Assembly: GCA_025786725.1 (NCBI GenBank)
Contig: JAHLTZ010000064.1
Coordinates: 1 to 64,000 of the forward strand
Length of the DNA stretch: 64,000 nucleotides
Direction: 5' to 3'
Source: Syncephalis fuscata S228
Lineage: Eukaryota > Fungi > Zoopagomycota
Shown: positions 1-13,200 of the stretch, in pieces
How positions within the stretch are numbered: the first letter of the stretch is position 1
Layout of the letters: each line of letters begins with the position of its first letter
Translations under genes and position numbers: made by a program
Notes under the pieces: model-generated
Told to the model about the DNA's origin: nothing
Database searches by the model: none
The model's input: the letters and a program-made list of their open reading frames with translations, nothing else

Positions 1-393
1 AACGGTTGATGTAACGCCGAACCCAGTGATCCAAACTAAAATTCGGCAGTTTATACCGTATGTAAATAGCATTGCCATAGTCAGTACGCAAAGAATAAGG
101 CCAATAACCGATGGTATTAAGCAGCACCATGGAGTCAAAGTATATTTACGTGCTATTACCATATTCATAGCAATTTTGAAATTGCGTGTGAAAAAGAATA
201 GCATCATAATTATACTAGTAGCTTGGAAGCATAGTCCCTGTCTTCGTGCACGCATTAGCTCTATGTTGTCAGGAAATTCTATCATATAGCTGTAGAGATC
301 AATCTCGCCCAATGGATGAAGTGGAATGCCCATTATGCAAGTAGCATTCTTTTTCCACTCCGTTCCTAATGGAGCAATATGGTCAACAAGCAT
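1..393 (-). CDS. Multi-pass membrane (GPCR-like) protein, tandem paralog 1; 5' part only, runs off the window start
   Basis: Minus-strand translation from ATG 393 (MLVDHIAPLGTEWKKNATCIMGIPLHPLGE...TLTPWCCLIPS...CRILVWITGFGVTSTV) is collinear with the ORFs at 1545-2462 and 3558-4370. Confidence 0.85.
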   Translation of the reverse strand, partial: MLVDHIAPLGTEWKKNATCIMGIPLHPLGEIDLYSYMIEFPDNIELMRARRQGLCFQATSIIMMLFFFTRNFKIAMNMVIARKYTLTPWCCLIPSVIGLILCVLTMAMLFTYGINCRILVWITGFGVTSTV

Positions 394-1343
394 TATATTG
401 CCAGTTAATAAGAAAATATTTTTATAATAATGGTTTAGTGGAGAGAATAAGCAATTTGCACAGTGTGTTAATTCAAAGGATTTTATTGACAAAAACTATA
501 GCCGCTGATAATAAGTATAAATCACTAGCTATGCAAGACTTGCTGTCGCAAGACCAAACATTTGCAGATATACCATGCAAAGACACACATACATGCAGCA
601 ATTGCTTGTACTTGTTCTCTCAATAAAACCGGTTAGTACCAGGATAAAAAGGCCTTGCACCTGCGCTATCATGCATGGAGACAGAAGTTGTACTATTAAT
701 GTAGTACACTGAGCACTTTAACTAGGAAAACCTATTGATTAATAAGTCATAACTAAACCAGCCCATAAATATTCATGTTCATTAGATAGATACATAGCAA
801 CTCAGCTGCATATTTATGCACTATCGCCTTGAACTATAGAATGTGGCAGCCTGTTTTATCTAATGCTACATATTCATTCGATAAATAATTTAAATGATAT
901 TACACGGCCAATTAGTTACTAGCATCACTGTTACTAAATTATCAGTAAATGATTTGTTTTAAGCATTTAAATAAACTAGCGTGTATTCTAATATAATTCT
1001 GTATTGGAGCATCAGTGTTATATAATGTGTGCTAATGCTAACATTGCTACAATGGTCGATCGTTAATGATAACATCAAATAATAAATGATATTGAAATAA
1101 TATTAACATTTTGACAAATAAGCGTATCTGCAAAGAGATATCTATAAAATTGCTAGGAATATGCACAATACATATTCAAGCTAACAAACTATAAAAATAC
1201 TGATAAAATATAATAGTTGAAGCACTAGGCTTGTAACAGACATAATGAACACTTATGAATGCCATTTTTATAATTTAGAATAGTATAAAGTTATTTATGT
1301 GACAGAATATCCTGCTTTATTTATAAAATTTGAGGACGCTGTT

Positions 1344-2357
1344 TTAACTATCAATTTGTTCGTATTCTAATTTCGTCTTCATTGTAACAATCTGCGAAAC
1401 GTGTTCCAAGTATTCAGTTTTTGGTTGATTTGTATAACCGGAAATTTTACGCATATTTTGGCAATGCTCAATTAAAATTGTTGATGCAAGTATCCTAAAT
1501 ATCAATTAGATGTGCGATAATTATAGTGCGATGCTTTCATGAACTTACCAATCAGCAACATATGACATTGTGGAAAAGTTTCCTCCAACTTCAAATAAAA
1601 TAAACACTCCGCAAACAACGTTGCATGATACAGCCAAACACATTGTTTGTATGCCGTCGCGACTAATGCGTTTCCATGCATTGGAACCAAAGAGACGATA
1701 CTGTTTATAGGCTACATGGCAAAAAATACCAGATAGAAACATGTTGATTGGCGTAGTAACACCAAACCATAGCCATGGTAGATATGGCGGATAGTGATAA
1801 ACACAGCCTTTTTCTTCTTCAATAGTGACTGGGCAAATGGTTAACACCAATATAAGATAACTTATTTGTGGCAGTGTAAAAGATAGGCCAACTAAAAGGA
1901 CCCAACGTTGTCGCATAAGTATTAGATAGGCTTTTTGTAGTAAAATAAAACAATTGCACATGAGTGTTGACGTGACGCCAAATCCAATAACCCAAATTAG
2001 GATTCGGCAATTTACGCCTTTTGTAAATAGGGCTGCTATAGTTAGTGCACAAAAGATGAGGCCCAGAGCCGACGGTATTAAGCAGCACCATGGAGTCAAG
2101 GTGTTTCTACGTGATACTGCCATGCCCATGGCAATCTTGAAGTTACGCATAAAAAGGAATAGCATCATAATTGTAGATATCCCTTGGAAGCACAGTCCCT
2201 GTCTTCGTGCACGCATTAGCTTCATATCCTCGGGAAATTCTGTTGTGTATGTATAAATATCAGTTTCACCCGACGGATGAAGTGGAATACCCATGGCATA
2301 AGTGGCGTTCTTTTTCCATTCTGTTCCTAAAGGATTAAAATTATTATCAAATAACAT
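1344..2357 (-). CDS. Multi-pass membrane (GPCR-like) protein, tandem paralog 2; exons 2357-1549 and 1494-1344
   Basis: Start MLFDNNFNPLG chosen by alignment with the paralogs. About 6-7 hydrophobic segments. GTAAGT...TAG intron 1548-1495 splits a Trp codon, and exon 2 reads ILASTILIEHCQNMRK...EQIDS*. GPCR-like is inferred from topology only. Confidence 0.85.
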
Positions 2358-3369
2358 GGTGTTAGCTAATAAAATGATGGTTCTATAATAATAATAATAA
2401 TAATAAGTTGTACGAAATAAGCAAATTATACAGCGGATTAGTGCAAATAATGATATTGACAAAGTAAACTATAGACGTTGGCAATGGACATAGAATTGCT
2501 AGTCGTACGAGTTTTATTGTTCGCGAGATTAAAAATCTCACATGCATTATCGTATGAGTGGTTCACATTCCTGTTATTTATACCAACCTCGTCTGATGAA
2601 ACTGGTTAGTGCCCAGACGAAAGGCCTTGCACGTGTGCTACTATGCATAAAGACGAAAGCAGCCCTAGCAACATAGTATGCTAGATACTATAGCTAGGAG
2701 AATTTCATGTAGTAACAGGTTACAACTAGATCTGTTTATGAATATTTACGTCCATTAGATAGATGCATAATAGTTCAGCTGCACGTTGGTGTATTTTCTG
2801 CTTGCATTTTAACATGTGAAAATGTGTTGTGTTCTACCTAGTGATGCATATTCATTCAGCAGATGGCTTTAAACGATGTTACAACGAACACCTAGTTACT
2901 AGAATTGATGTCATTGAATTATCAGCAAATAAGTGGCATGTATTTGCCATGATCTTGTGCTGATGACTTTTTAGTTAATCTATGTTTAAACATCAACAAT
3001 TTATAATGCGTATTAATGCTAGCACTACTATGGTGATTGGCTATTGACGATGATGTTTTATAGATAATGTCGGAATAAGACTAAAATTTTAGTAAATATA
3101 ACTTATGTTCAAAATATAAACTGGAGAGTCACACCTACAAAATAGCTATCAGTATGTGGTGAATATCCCAATTAGTAAATCATAATACGGATATAAAATA
3201 AAATATGAAACTATTAATAAAATATATTAGTTAAAACATTAAGTCTGCAACAGGAAGTATGAAGGTTTTTGAATAATCTTTTTATAGTTCGGAATGGTAT
3301 ATAAGCTATCTAAGTAACGAAGTATCCCCAATTCAATGCTAAACCTAACAATACTGCTATACTACCAAT

Positions 3370-4370
3370 CTATTCATGATCTACCTTTGTTTTCATTGTA
3401 GCAATTTGCGAAATGTGGTCTATATATTCGGTTTTTGGCTTATTTGTATAGCCAGTCATTTTGCGTATATTTTGGCAATGATTAACCAAGATCGTCGATG
3501 CAAGTAGCCTAAGTATCAGTTAAATATTAAAAACTTGTAGTGAGATGCTTCTAGAACTTACCAATCGGCAACATATGACATTGTGGAAAAGTTTCCGCCT
3601 ACTTTAAATAAAATAAGCACTCCACAGACAATATTACACGATGCGGCCAAACACATTGTTTGTATACCATCATGGCTGATGCGCTTCCATGCACTCGAAC
3701 CAAAGAGACGATACTGTTTATAGGCTACATGGCAAAAAACACCAGATAGAAACATGTTGATTGGCGTAGTAACACCAAACCATAGCCATGGTAGATATGG
3801 CGGATAGTGATAAACACAGCCTTTCTTTTCTTCAATAGTGACTGGGCAAATGGTTAACACCAATATAAGATAACTTATTTGTGGCAGTGTAAAAGATAGG
3901 CCAACTAAAAGGACCCAACGTTGTCGCATAAGTATTAGATAGGCTTTTTGTAGTAAAATAAAACAATTGCATATAACGGTTGATGTAACGCCGAACCCAG
4001 TGATCCAAACTAAAATTCGGCAATTTGCTCCATTTATAAATAGTGCAGATATAGTCAGTACGCAAAGAATAAGACCAATAACCGACGGTATTAAGCAGCA
4101 CCATGGAGTCAAGGTGTTTCTACGTGCTATTATCATACTCACGGCAATCTTGAAATTGCGCGCGAAAAGAAATAGCATCATAATTACGGCCATAGCTTGA
4201 AAGTATAACGCTTGTATTCGTGCACGCATCAGCTTCGCATTATCGGGAAATTCCGTCATATACGTATGGATGCTCATTTCGCCCGATGGATGAAGCGGGA
4301 TGCCCATGGCATAAGTGGCGTTCCTTTTCCATCCTGTTCCTAATGGGGTAAGATCATCATCGAATAACAT
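3370..4370 (-). CDS. Multi-pass membrane (GPCR-like) protein, tandem paralog 3; exons 4370-3562 and 3508-3370
   Basis: ORF 3558-4370 plus an intron at the same position as in paralog 2 (3561-3509). Exon 2 reads LLASTILVNHCQNIRK...KVDHE*. Confidence 0.85.
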
Positions 4371-5607
4371 GGTGTCCGCTAATTAGATGATAGTTCTATA
4401 TTAGTAAGTTGAGCGAGAAATAAGCGAGTTTTACAATAAATTAATTTAAATGGTAATATTGACAAAAAAGTACAGTACTGGTAATGAATACAAAATCGTC
4501 AGGTACATCAGACTTATCTTTATTGGGGTTGAATAGCCACATGCATAACAGTGTAGTGAATTCACATACCTCTGCTACCGTACCTGTTTTTATAAAACTG
4601 GTTGATGAAGGCCTTTTGCATGTGCTACTATGCATGAGTTGTTCATAGCATTAGCATTAAAAATCCTAGACATTGTACTCAATAATAATTGCTAGCAACA
4701 AACTCACTACTAGGCTGGCATGTAAATGGACGTATCTATTAATATTTACTAAATTGTTAACATCTAGCTTATTTGCTTGCGATGCTATGCTTTAATACAC
4801 TATATAGCACCTAATAGTTTTTTGTTTTTTAGTGCCAGCACGTGAGTCCTCATGCACACAATTATTTGGTCGCATGCAGCTTCAAGTTTAACTGATACAG
4901 TGCGACATAGCTGTAGCTACTCTTTTGTTGGTCTATTAGAATAGAAATCAAGTCTCAAAACTTGCATGTTAAATAATCATTACAGAAATGTTAGAAATAA
5001 ATGTAATATGTCAAAAATTAGTTGTAAGCAATCATTTTGCATATCATATACCTTAAATGCATAGATTTTATAAAGAACTTACATTCGTAATAGTAATTAT
5101 AACTAGTATGAGATGTTCAAGCAACCTCACTCTAAATTTTCCTGCCCAGATTGATTCAACAATAACAAAAATATTTATAATTGTCATAGCATTCCGATTC
5201 CACATCGTTCGAAAGTATTTGCAGATTGGATAGTATAACGAGTAATAGTTACTAAACTAGTTTTTTCTTCGAAAAGCAGCAGCAGCAATTATAATAGATG
5301 TATAAAAATAATTAGTTTGTCAAACTAAAAAGATGTTAGTATTAAACACTCTACATAAAAAAAACTTATTTATCTTAATAGTGGCAAGTGTTCTACAACA
5401 AAATTGTCATTTTAGCAAAGATCAATTACGTCTAATGGGCAATGAGTATGCTTTTACTGCTTATAATTAATATAATTATTGCCAATAGATCCTTTACTTA
5501 ACACAACTTTGAATTATATAATATTAGCGTAAAAATTAATGCACAATTAAAACCTAGATAATTGTTTGTATGTCTATATTAAACATATGTTATTTGTGTG
5601 GCAGTAT

Positions 5608-7238
5608 AACAATATTGAATCACAAAGTAATAGATCTGACAAAATATCTTAATTTTGGAGCTGTAATGATATACTAAGATTGATTTGCAGACTAGCAAGG
5701 ATGCATATGGAATTTGCCATCGTCAAATGCTAATTTCACAACTTGTCCTATTGTAGTTTTAGCGCGTGTATCTAGCATAAAACATTTCCATTATTGCCAA
5801 ATAAATCATTTGTGCATCAATATTGCTGCTGATCGATACTATTACATTGTTGCTGCACGCTCAAATCTAATTGCATCTGACTGGACAATCTGATGGGTAG
5901 TGGCATTACATACCAATCAGTTGTTCACTGATCATATTCCATACATCATGCATCCAACAACCTGTGCTAACAAAGGGTAAATGGCATTGTGTATTAATCA
6001 AATATACACTAACCATATGCTATGCACTGTGCGTTGAATAGTCTGCAATAATGGGTCATAATAATATTAAATATTGCCACTTTATACGCTAATTATATGG
6101 TATGCATTCTACATATTCATAAACATAGAATAACCAGTATTCTAAAACATCGGCACTGGTAATACAACTGGGCTACTAGTACCATATGCTTTAGATATGA
6201 ATTCGACACCAACCAAGACCATTTGGCAACTGTTGTCTAGTCCGTTTATACGCCAGGGTTTAGCCAATGGGGCTATTCAACTTTTAATCATGCTGTATGT
6301 TGCAAACAAAATTGCATTAATTATATTTATTCGGCTATACAAACTATTAGTAATAAACACATGGTTTCTTTTAATTACATATAACTATACTACTATGTCT
6401 ATGGCCATGTTTAATTTGCATCCAGTGGCTAGTAAACATTAAGCAAAGCAACATACTTTTGCTTTAATTCTATTTTACTTTATTTTCTTGAATATGAGCC
6501 ATTGTATCATATTATTTGCAGCTTAGCTTTTTTAACTGATGATGTGCACCATGTTTTGTTAAATTGCTTATTATTAGGCAGATACGATACTTTTGTAAAA
6601 AGCCTTATGGATATACCATTGTCTAGCACACTTTCTCAAACTCAAGTACACTAATACTATTACTTGCCCATAAGAAGTATCAACAGTATTATAATACAAA
6701 AATATTCAGCATAGACAATTTAAGATTGCAAATTGTTTATCTTTTGTTTATTATTATTGATGGCTGGAATAGTAACAGCATATCTGGCTATGTTGGGCAG
6801 CATTGCACTCTGTTGTTATTTTGTCTTTATAAACAATATATTAGCCATTTAGTATGGTATGGAATCAAATGTGTTTATTGATAATTTTTTAGTAAACGTG
6901 AGTTACTTTATAGATATTCAAATATAATAACAAAATATAGAGGCATTATTAATAGATTTGTAAATATCACTAGTCATAGTGTGGTATAATCACCATTGTT
7001 ATACAGCATAATGATGACCAACTAATTACCAGGTCTACGTATTGCTACATGTTATAAGTTGCGATATAATCATTGCCAAATACTTGATCCAATATAAATT
7101 GCATACTTGACTTTGTCCCTTTGTTCTATTTTGCATTATATCAAAGATGTAGTCGTAAGCCATGATTCTAGAAGCTTTTATTTTTACATTATGTCCCGTG
7201 TCTTTGTTAATATAAAGTAGAATAATTTGCTTATATTT
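5608..7238. repeat. Dispersed non-coding repeat A, copy 1 (~1.6 kb)
   Basis: Near-identical direct copy at 35567-37193. The same 81-aa ORF appears in both (6197 and 36156) with one residue different. Confidence 0.95.
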
Positions 7239-7949
7239 TATGCTTTTTATGAGTAGTACACTTGTTTACAATGTCGTTTTTTATCAAATGACATTTATCT
7301 ATACACTCTTCTATTTAAAATAAAGCTTGATTTGCTATTTGCATAAGACAATTATAAATGCAGCATTGTCAAACACTAGCTAAACTAGCTTCAGTTTGTT
7401 TTATTTCCCATCAAACATTGGCAATACTGGCAATAGGTAAATGCATATAGTTTATTTTATTAATGATATAAATGTAGTTTTGTCTGAGTTACTGTTTAAT
7501 TATTATCATATAATACTACAGATTTGTGGCAAGTTATTAGTAAACTAAATTGATAATTACTAACAAAGATTGCTTGAAATAGTAATAAATCCATGATGGC
7601 AGTAATTGACAACTAGACTATGCATGTGTAGTGTATATATAAATAAATAGTCGGCACATTAGGGACAAATCTAAAAGACGACTAATTAGTATTAGTATTT
7701 ATTATTCTACTAAACATTTGCTAATACATGATAAACCATTGAAGTACAACAATATTTAGCTGTAACCGATATATCAATATTATTATTAGACGACGGCTAT
7801 TTGTAGTGTGTTACTTAGTGTTAATTTAATAGATAAAAATGGCTGTATACGCCGTTATAATTTTTTTGCTTCATTAATAGCCGTGCCAAAACAGCATTGT
7901 AATGAACGATATACATACAGAAGAAAATAACAACATAGCATGCATATAA

Positions 7950-9391
7950 TTAAGCCCAACGACCAATGATGGTCATGGCCATAGCACCGAAGTAGAGCGC
8001 AGCAAAGTAGAGCGTCTTAACACGCCAGCTGCGCAAATGAAACTTGCGGCAATTGGTAAACTCCTCAGCAATTAAATTGACCAATGCCATGTAAATAAGA
8101 ACACCGGCCGAGAAAGCATCGAATATACCACGTACAAGTAGAGCAGAAGGTGAACGTGGACTGTAGGTGGAACGGATACCCATACCGATAGCCATGCCAA
8201 TAGGTGTAATAAGAGCAAATACAGCCGCTAGTACATAGGCCATCTTTCCACCACCGTTACGTTGACCGGTTGTCACTTCAGCAATACGTGAACCAAGTGC
8301 CACACCTTCAAAGAACTGATGGAAAACAATGGCTACCAAAAGAGTTGCATAGGAAGAGCCAGTAGTAACACCAAGGGTCATACCAATAAGGATGGAGTGC
8401 AATGCAATACCCAATTCAAGAATATAAGTAGAAATACGTAGTTGGGCATCTCTGTCCAGCAGAGCAACTACATCATGACAAGCATGACCACGACCATCCG
8501 GGTGATTGTGTGCGTGTTGGTGACCATGATGATCGTGGAGTTCGTCGTTGGCGTGTTCGTGTTCATCATGAGCGTGTTCGTGGATGTGCTGTTGTTGAAT
8601 GTATGCCTCTTGAGCAGCTTGTTGATCAACAATCTGATTAGTGCCGGTATTGGCATCACCAATGGTGGCAGATTGTTCAGTGGCGAGGGGTGGAGTGGCT
8701 GCAGATGTAGTAGAGCTTGAATGACGATGTCCTCGTGTAGCTGATTTTGTATCATCGGTTTTGTGTTTATGTGAATGCGAGCGTGATTGAGAACGACGTG
8801 CCTGTTCACCGGCCATGAATTCAATGAGTTGCAGCAATAGCATAGCAATCATTGTGAAAAGTGGACCCCAAGTACTGAAATTGGTATTGAAACTTGATAG
8901 GCACTTGTCGGTAAGTGCCTCAATAGCTTCAGGTAGCATATGGATGAAACCAGTAGCTAGGATAACACCGGTACCGAAATGTTTGAATACATTGAGTACA
9001 TGTTCGTGGGCATTAAGTCGCTTGACCCGGCCGGCAATAAGGGCACCGAATACACCGATACCACTGGCGACCAAGATAATAAACACGGAAGCAATATGTA
9101 ACGACTCGTCATAGTGTTCAAGGTCAAGTCGAGCCCCGCATTCTCCGTCGGCCTCGTGAGCATGATCAGCTTCCTCGGCAGCACTACCATGTCCATGTGC
9201 GCCATCTAAAAAAGCAGTAGTTGATAAAATAGCAATGTTGCCATAATAGTATACTGATGAGTACAAGTGTATTAAATATATATATAAAGCTACTTACGAC
9301 GACGAACAAGTTTGTGTATCTCTGCTGCTTGTACACTAAGCGCAAAAAGCGCTACAGCTCCAAGTGTCAACAATGAAGTGAAACGGGCCAT
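7950..9391 (-). CDS. ZIP-family (Zrt1/Zrt2-like) zinc transporter with signal peptide; exons 9391-9298 and 9205-7950
   Basis: ZIP motifs KHFGTGVILATGFIHML, LELGIALHSILIG and FHQFFEGVALG, plus a long His-rich loop. Exon 1 MARFTSLLTLGAVALFALSVQAAEIHKLVRR joins in frame through the GTAAGT...TAG intron 9297-9206. Confidence 0.95.
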
Positions 9392-9688
9392 GACCAATAG
9401 TTATTGTAATGGTATTCTTGCTTGTGTTCTTGTTGGTAAATACAACTATAAGAAAGTTGTTACCAAGTAAAGAAAAGTCGTAATTACTATTACTAATAAC
9501 AACAACACAACAACAAAAAAGATTTTTAAGCAAAGTATGGATTATATCGTTAACACACGTATATGTCTGACTGGTCGAGTATTTATATGTTATACGTGTG
9601 GTAGAATTAAAGTGAAAGAAGCACGACTAGCGCCGGTGGCAATAACGCTTGACGGAGAGTAAAATAAAACGCCATTTTTCGATGTGTA

Positions 9689-10158
9689 ACCTTACAGGTA
9701 CTCATTATTTTAGAAAATAGTCGGTTTCTTTTCAGTTTAAAATGCCTGCAATTTGTGGCATTCAATCTTAATATCGGTGTTACTTTGTTTGATAGCATCA
9801 ATGGTTCTATAGTTTACAGTGATTATTAGACAGTAAACCAAGTTGCCATGACAATTAGACTTGTTGATTACTACTGTTCCATGTCAATTATTGCGGTATT
9901 AGTTACCTGTAGGGTACTCATTGTGTACTAGATTTAATAAGTACCTTACGGGTGATTCAGGTGGTCAAGGTTTTACAATATCTGTCCCAAGAAAGATCAG
10001 CCAATAGGGTACTAACCAGTGACCTGCAGGGTACTTGATGAAATGACTTATTTACCAAAAAAGCTACTGTAAATGGACTAGTCTGCATGTTATACACATG
10101 ATAATAGGACTAGATTAGATGACTCATGTCAATATTACTTTAGAACAGCCACTAGGGT
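9689..10158. promoter_or_regulatory. Cluster of ZRE-like 11-bp quasi-palindromes upstream of the ZIP gene
   Basis: ACCTTACAGGT 9689, ACCTGTAGGGT 9905, ACCTTACGGGT 9943, GCCAATAGGGT 10000, ACCTGCAGGGT 10022, GCCACTAGGGT 10148. These resemble the yeast Zap1 element ACCTTNAAGGT. Confidence 0.6.
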
Positions 10159-10262
10159 AGATATCAAATACACATGCTGTTTCTTATTGCATGAACTGGT
10201 GAAACCAACCAAGGATCTTAGATATTGACACAAGTTGTATGGTAATACAGTAATATTTATTC

Positions 10263-13200
10263 TTATGCCAAGTACTTGTAGGCATTGTGTTGATCCGGAT
10301 CGCGTTCTAAATATTCACGTTCGATCAATGACTCAATTCGTTTCTTTAGATCCGGCGGCTATAGTTGTATTTATTAGTATAATTGATGGTAAAAAGAACG
10401 TGCAGCATTTGTATACTTTACCTGTATTTGGAACTTAATCTGTTCATAGAGCTCAGTACTCAATTCTACATGGGACAGCTGCTTGCGAGATTTCATGATA
10501 CGCACAATGGCTGCATCAACCTATAATGAGCCATGTTAGATGGCACGCAAATAGATACAAGTCAGCTAGTTACTTGAAACTGACGATCTTGAAACACTTG
10601 CTCCCTTGTCTCTTCGTTCTCCTTGGCCTATGGTACAGATATTATTCAAAAAAACTATCTTTAAATAAAATTTTAAAAACTTACCGTTTCTTTCATTTGA
10701 ACTGAATTGATCTTAATACGAATTCGGGGCGCCTCGAATTTTGTATTAAATTTAAACCGGTCATTGTCCTTGTCTATAGCCATACCCTATATCATGATTT
10801 GTTTGTTGACTGACCTTGTATTACTTAACAAGCCATAATTACCTTGACTGATTTTAAAAGAACGCGTGCTTTACCACAGGATAGTGATATCAGTGTGCGT
10901 TGCAATTCATCAGGTGCTATTTGTACAATTTATTAGCATTTTGTTATCGTTTTTTAATTGTGTAACTTACCAATACCTGTCTTTTTAAGAATATCCTGAT
11001 ATGACAGCGATCCACTAGCAGTAGCATCATTAAATAACAGCAACACGATAGCCTGTAATAAAGATACATCCAACTCTTTAGCTCCCTATATATTTATAAT
11101 GTATTAGCTATTAGGTAATGTACTTCAACCTGGCTATACTTATTACCTTGGGAAAATATGCTTTTAGCCGACAATGACCCAACGAGTGTTGCCAGGTTAA
11201 TATACGATTCTTGTGCTGGCTATTGTAAAATTGCTTAAATGCATCCTGATATTCGGCCATCTACATAAATATAAATCAGTATAAATCAATATAAATCTAT
11301 ATTATATCTATATGTCCAGTAATATTAATTACCTTGGGTGGTAGAATAATCTCCATTGGATGATAAGTAGGCCAAATGCCGTGTGTCAATACATTGACTT
11401 TCAAATCAACATCCTCTGACTTGATGTACCATTTAGACTACAATACACTCAATAAGCATAATCTTCATTAGAGTGTAAAATAAACCACTTACTCCATGGA
11501 ACATAGCGGATAGATCACGTGATATATCCATATCTTTAAACATGCCCTCTAATTTACTTGTAAATGCTGGACCACATTCTATTGATCACATGGATGATTA
11601 ATATACTCTATATTATACACTATGCATTTCAATAATTACCTGCTCTCAATTTGGCTAGCATCAATTTCTCCATATCCGATGATGCACTTCTATTAAGCAG
11701 TAACCGTTTGGCAAAATCACGTTTATAAAATGCTTCAAATACATCTTTGCCTATTATTAATCTTATTGTTAGTGTCATATCGCTAACAATCGGTTATAGA
11801 TGAAATTACCTCCAATGAATCTAAATAATACTAAAATGCGGTCCAGTATTGCTTCTAATTCCTCGTCACTGGCCGTCTACTCATACATCTATCGTTAACA
11901 AATGCAATCTACTTTAAAGCTACTATTACTTGCCTTGTTACCGGATTTCATCAACATATTTACATATTGAGCTAATATAATATATATATATATATTAGTA
12001 CAGTCCATATCCATATTATTATCTTGCTTACCGATCATTTCAGCCGGTTTATTTACTCTGGTGTTAATGAATCCTTCAAAGCTCTCGACAATAGTATGTC
12101 CAAATGCTTGTGCATGTTCAAATGCATTCGTATGAATATCGTCAATATGCTGTTTAATGCTCAATAGATCCTCGACCATGTGGCTATCCTGTTCCGGATC
12201 TGATACAATAGCCATGCCCTTTGACTATATATAACAATTGATGTACATTACATTAATCAATATAAATAGATATTGTTAACAAATGAATCAATGCACACCT
12301 TAATGTAGCTGGCCAGCGCATTACGTAATAAATCAAGTTGGCCAACTCGTTTACACAGCAAATACAGTCGTCGTAAATCGTTCATACGCTTTTCGTTAAC
12401 GAGACCAGAAAATCCTATTATTTTAATATAATATAGCTTAGAATCATTTCCAACTTGTACTTTATTACTCTACCTTTATTAAGTAAACCTTGTATATTGC
12501 GTCGAATAAGACATTCTTCAACAGCTTGAATCAATTTTTGACCAGTCTTTCTTTCATCTAAATACATCGTTGAACGTTCCTGTTCCTCTTGTAATCGCTG
12601 TTCGCAATGTATTATAAATTCATGGGCATTCCAGCCATCTGACTGCAATAATCTATCTCCTTCCGTTCTGTAGAATACATCTGAGGCATGTAGAAATGGT
12701 GCCTCAAAGTGGCTTGTATAGAACGACAAATCACGATACATATCAACAAGTGTCTTTACCAATAGTCGATTAATCGTCTCGCCTTGTCTATTTAAATGTT
12801 GGCATGTGGGTTAATAAGTAACGGTTAAATATCTATCGTATAGTTATATTACCGTTCTTGTTCAATTAGTTTCAATAGACCGGTAAGTACAATTGGTCCA
12901 ATGAAGGTTTGATTTAGTATAAGATTACGGAATAGATTTAGATGCATATCCCTTGAACATCGAGTTAGTTATAGTTGTAACATTTCCATCTTTACCTACC
13001 AAATAGACTCGATAGATGTTGTTTGCAGTACAAATGTCCGATCTAGATACAGAAATATACTACGAATCATAATCTAGTTTATAATAAATATGGCAATGAG
13101 TACAAGCGTAACTTGAAACCTTTCAATGGATAGTTTAATATTATTTTACTTACTACTTGATGACAATAGTTAGTCCACTCTTGATAAATTAGATCAAGAA

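Noticed and set aside
2358-2462. N-terminal extension of ORF 1545-2462 including a poly-Tyr run
   Set aside because: It comes from a (TAA)n microsatellite in the 5' region. The paralogs start at the MLF/MLV methionine.
6197-6442. Duplicated short ORFs inside repeats A and B (6197/36156, 24870/47513, 25429/48071)
   Set aside because: No recognisable domain and AT-rich composition. The repeat-B ORFs differ between copies by frameshifting indels, so their recurrence reflects DNA duplication, not coding constraint.
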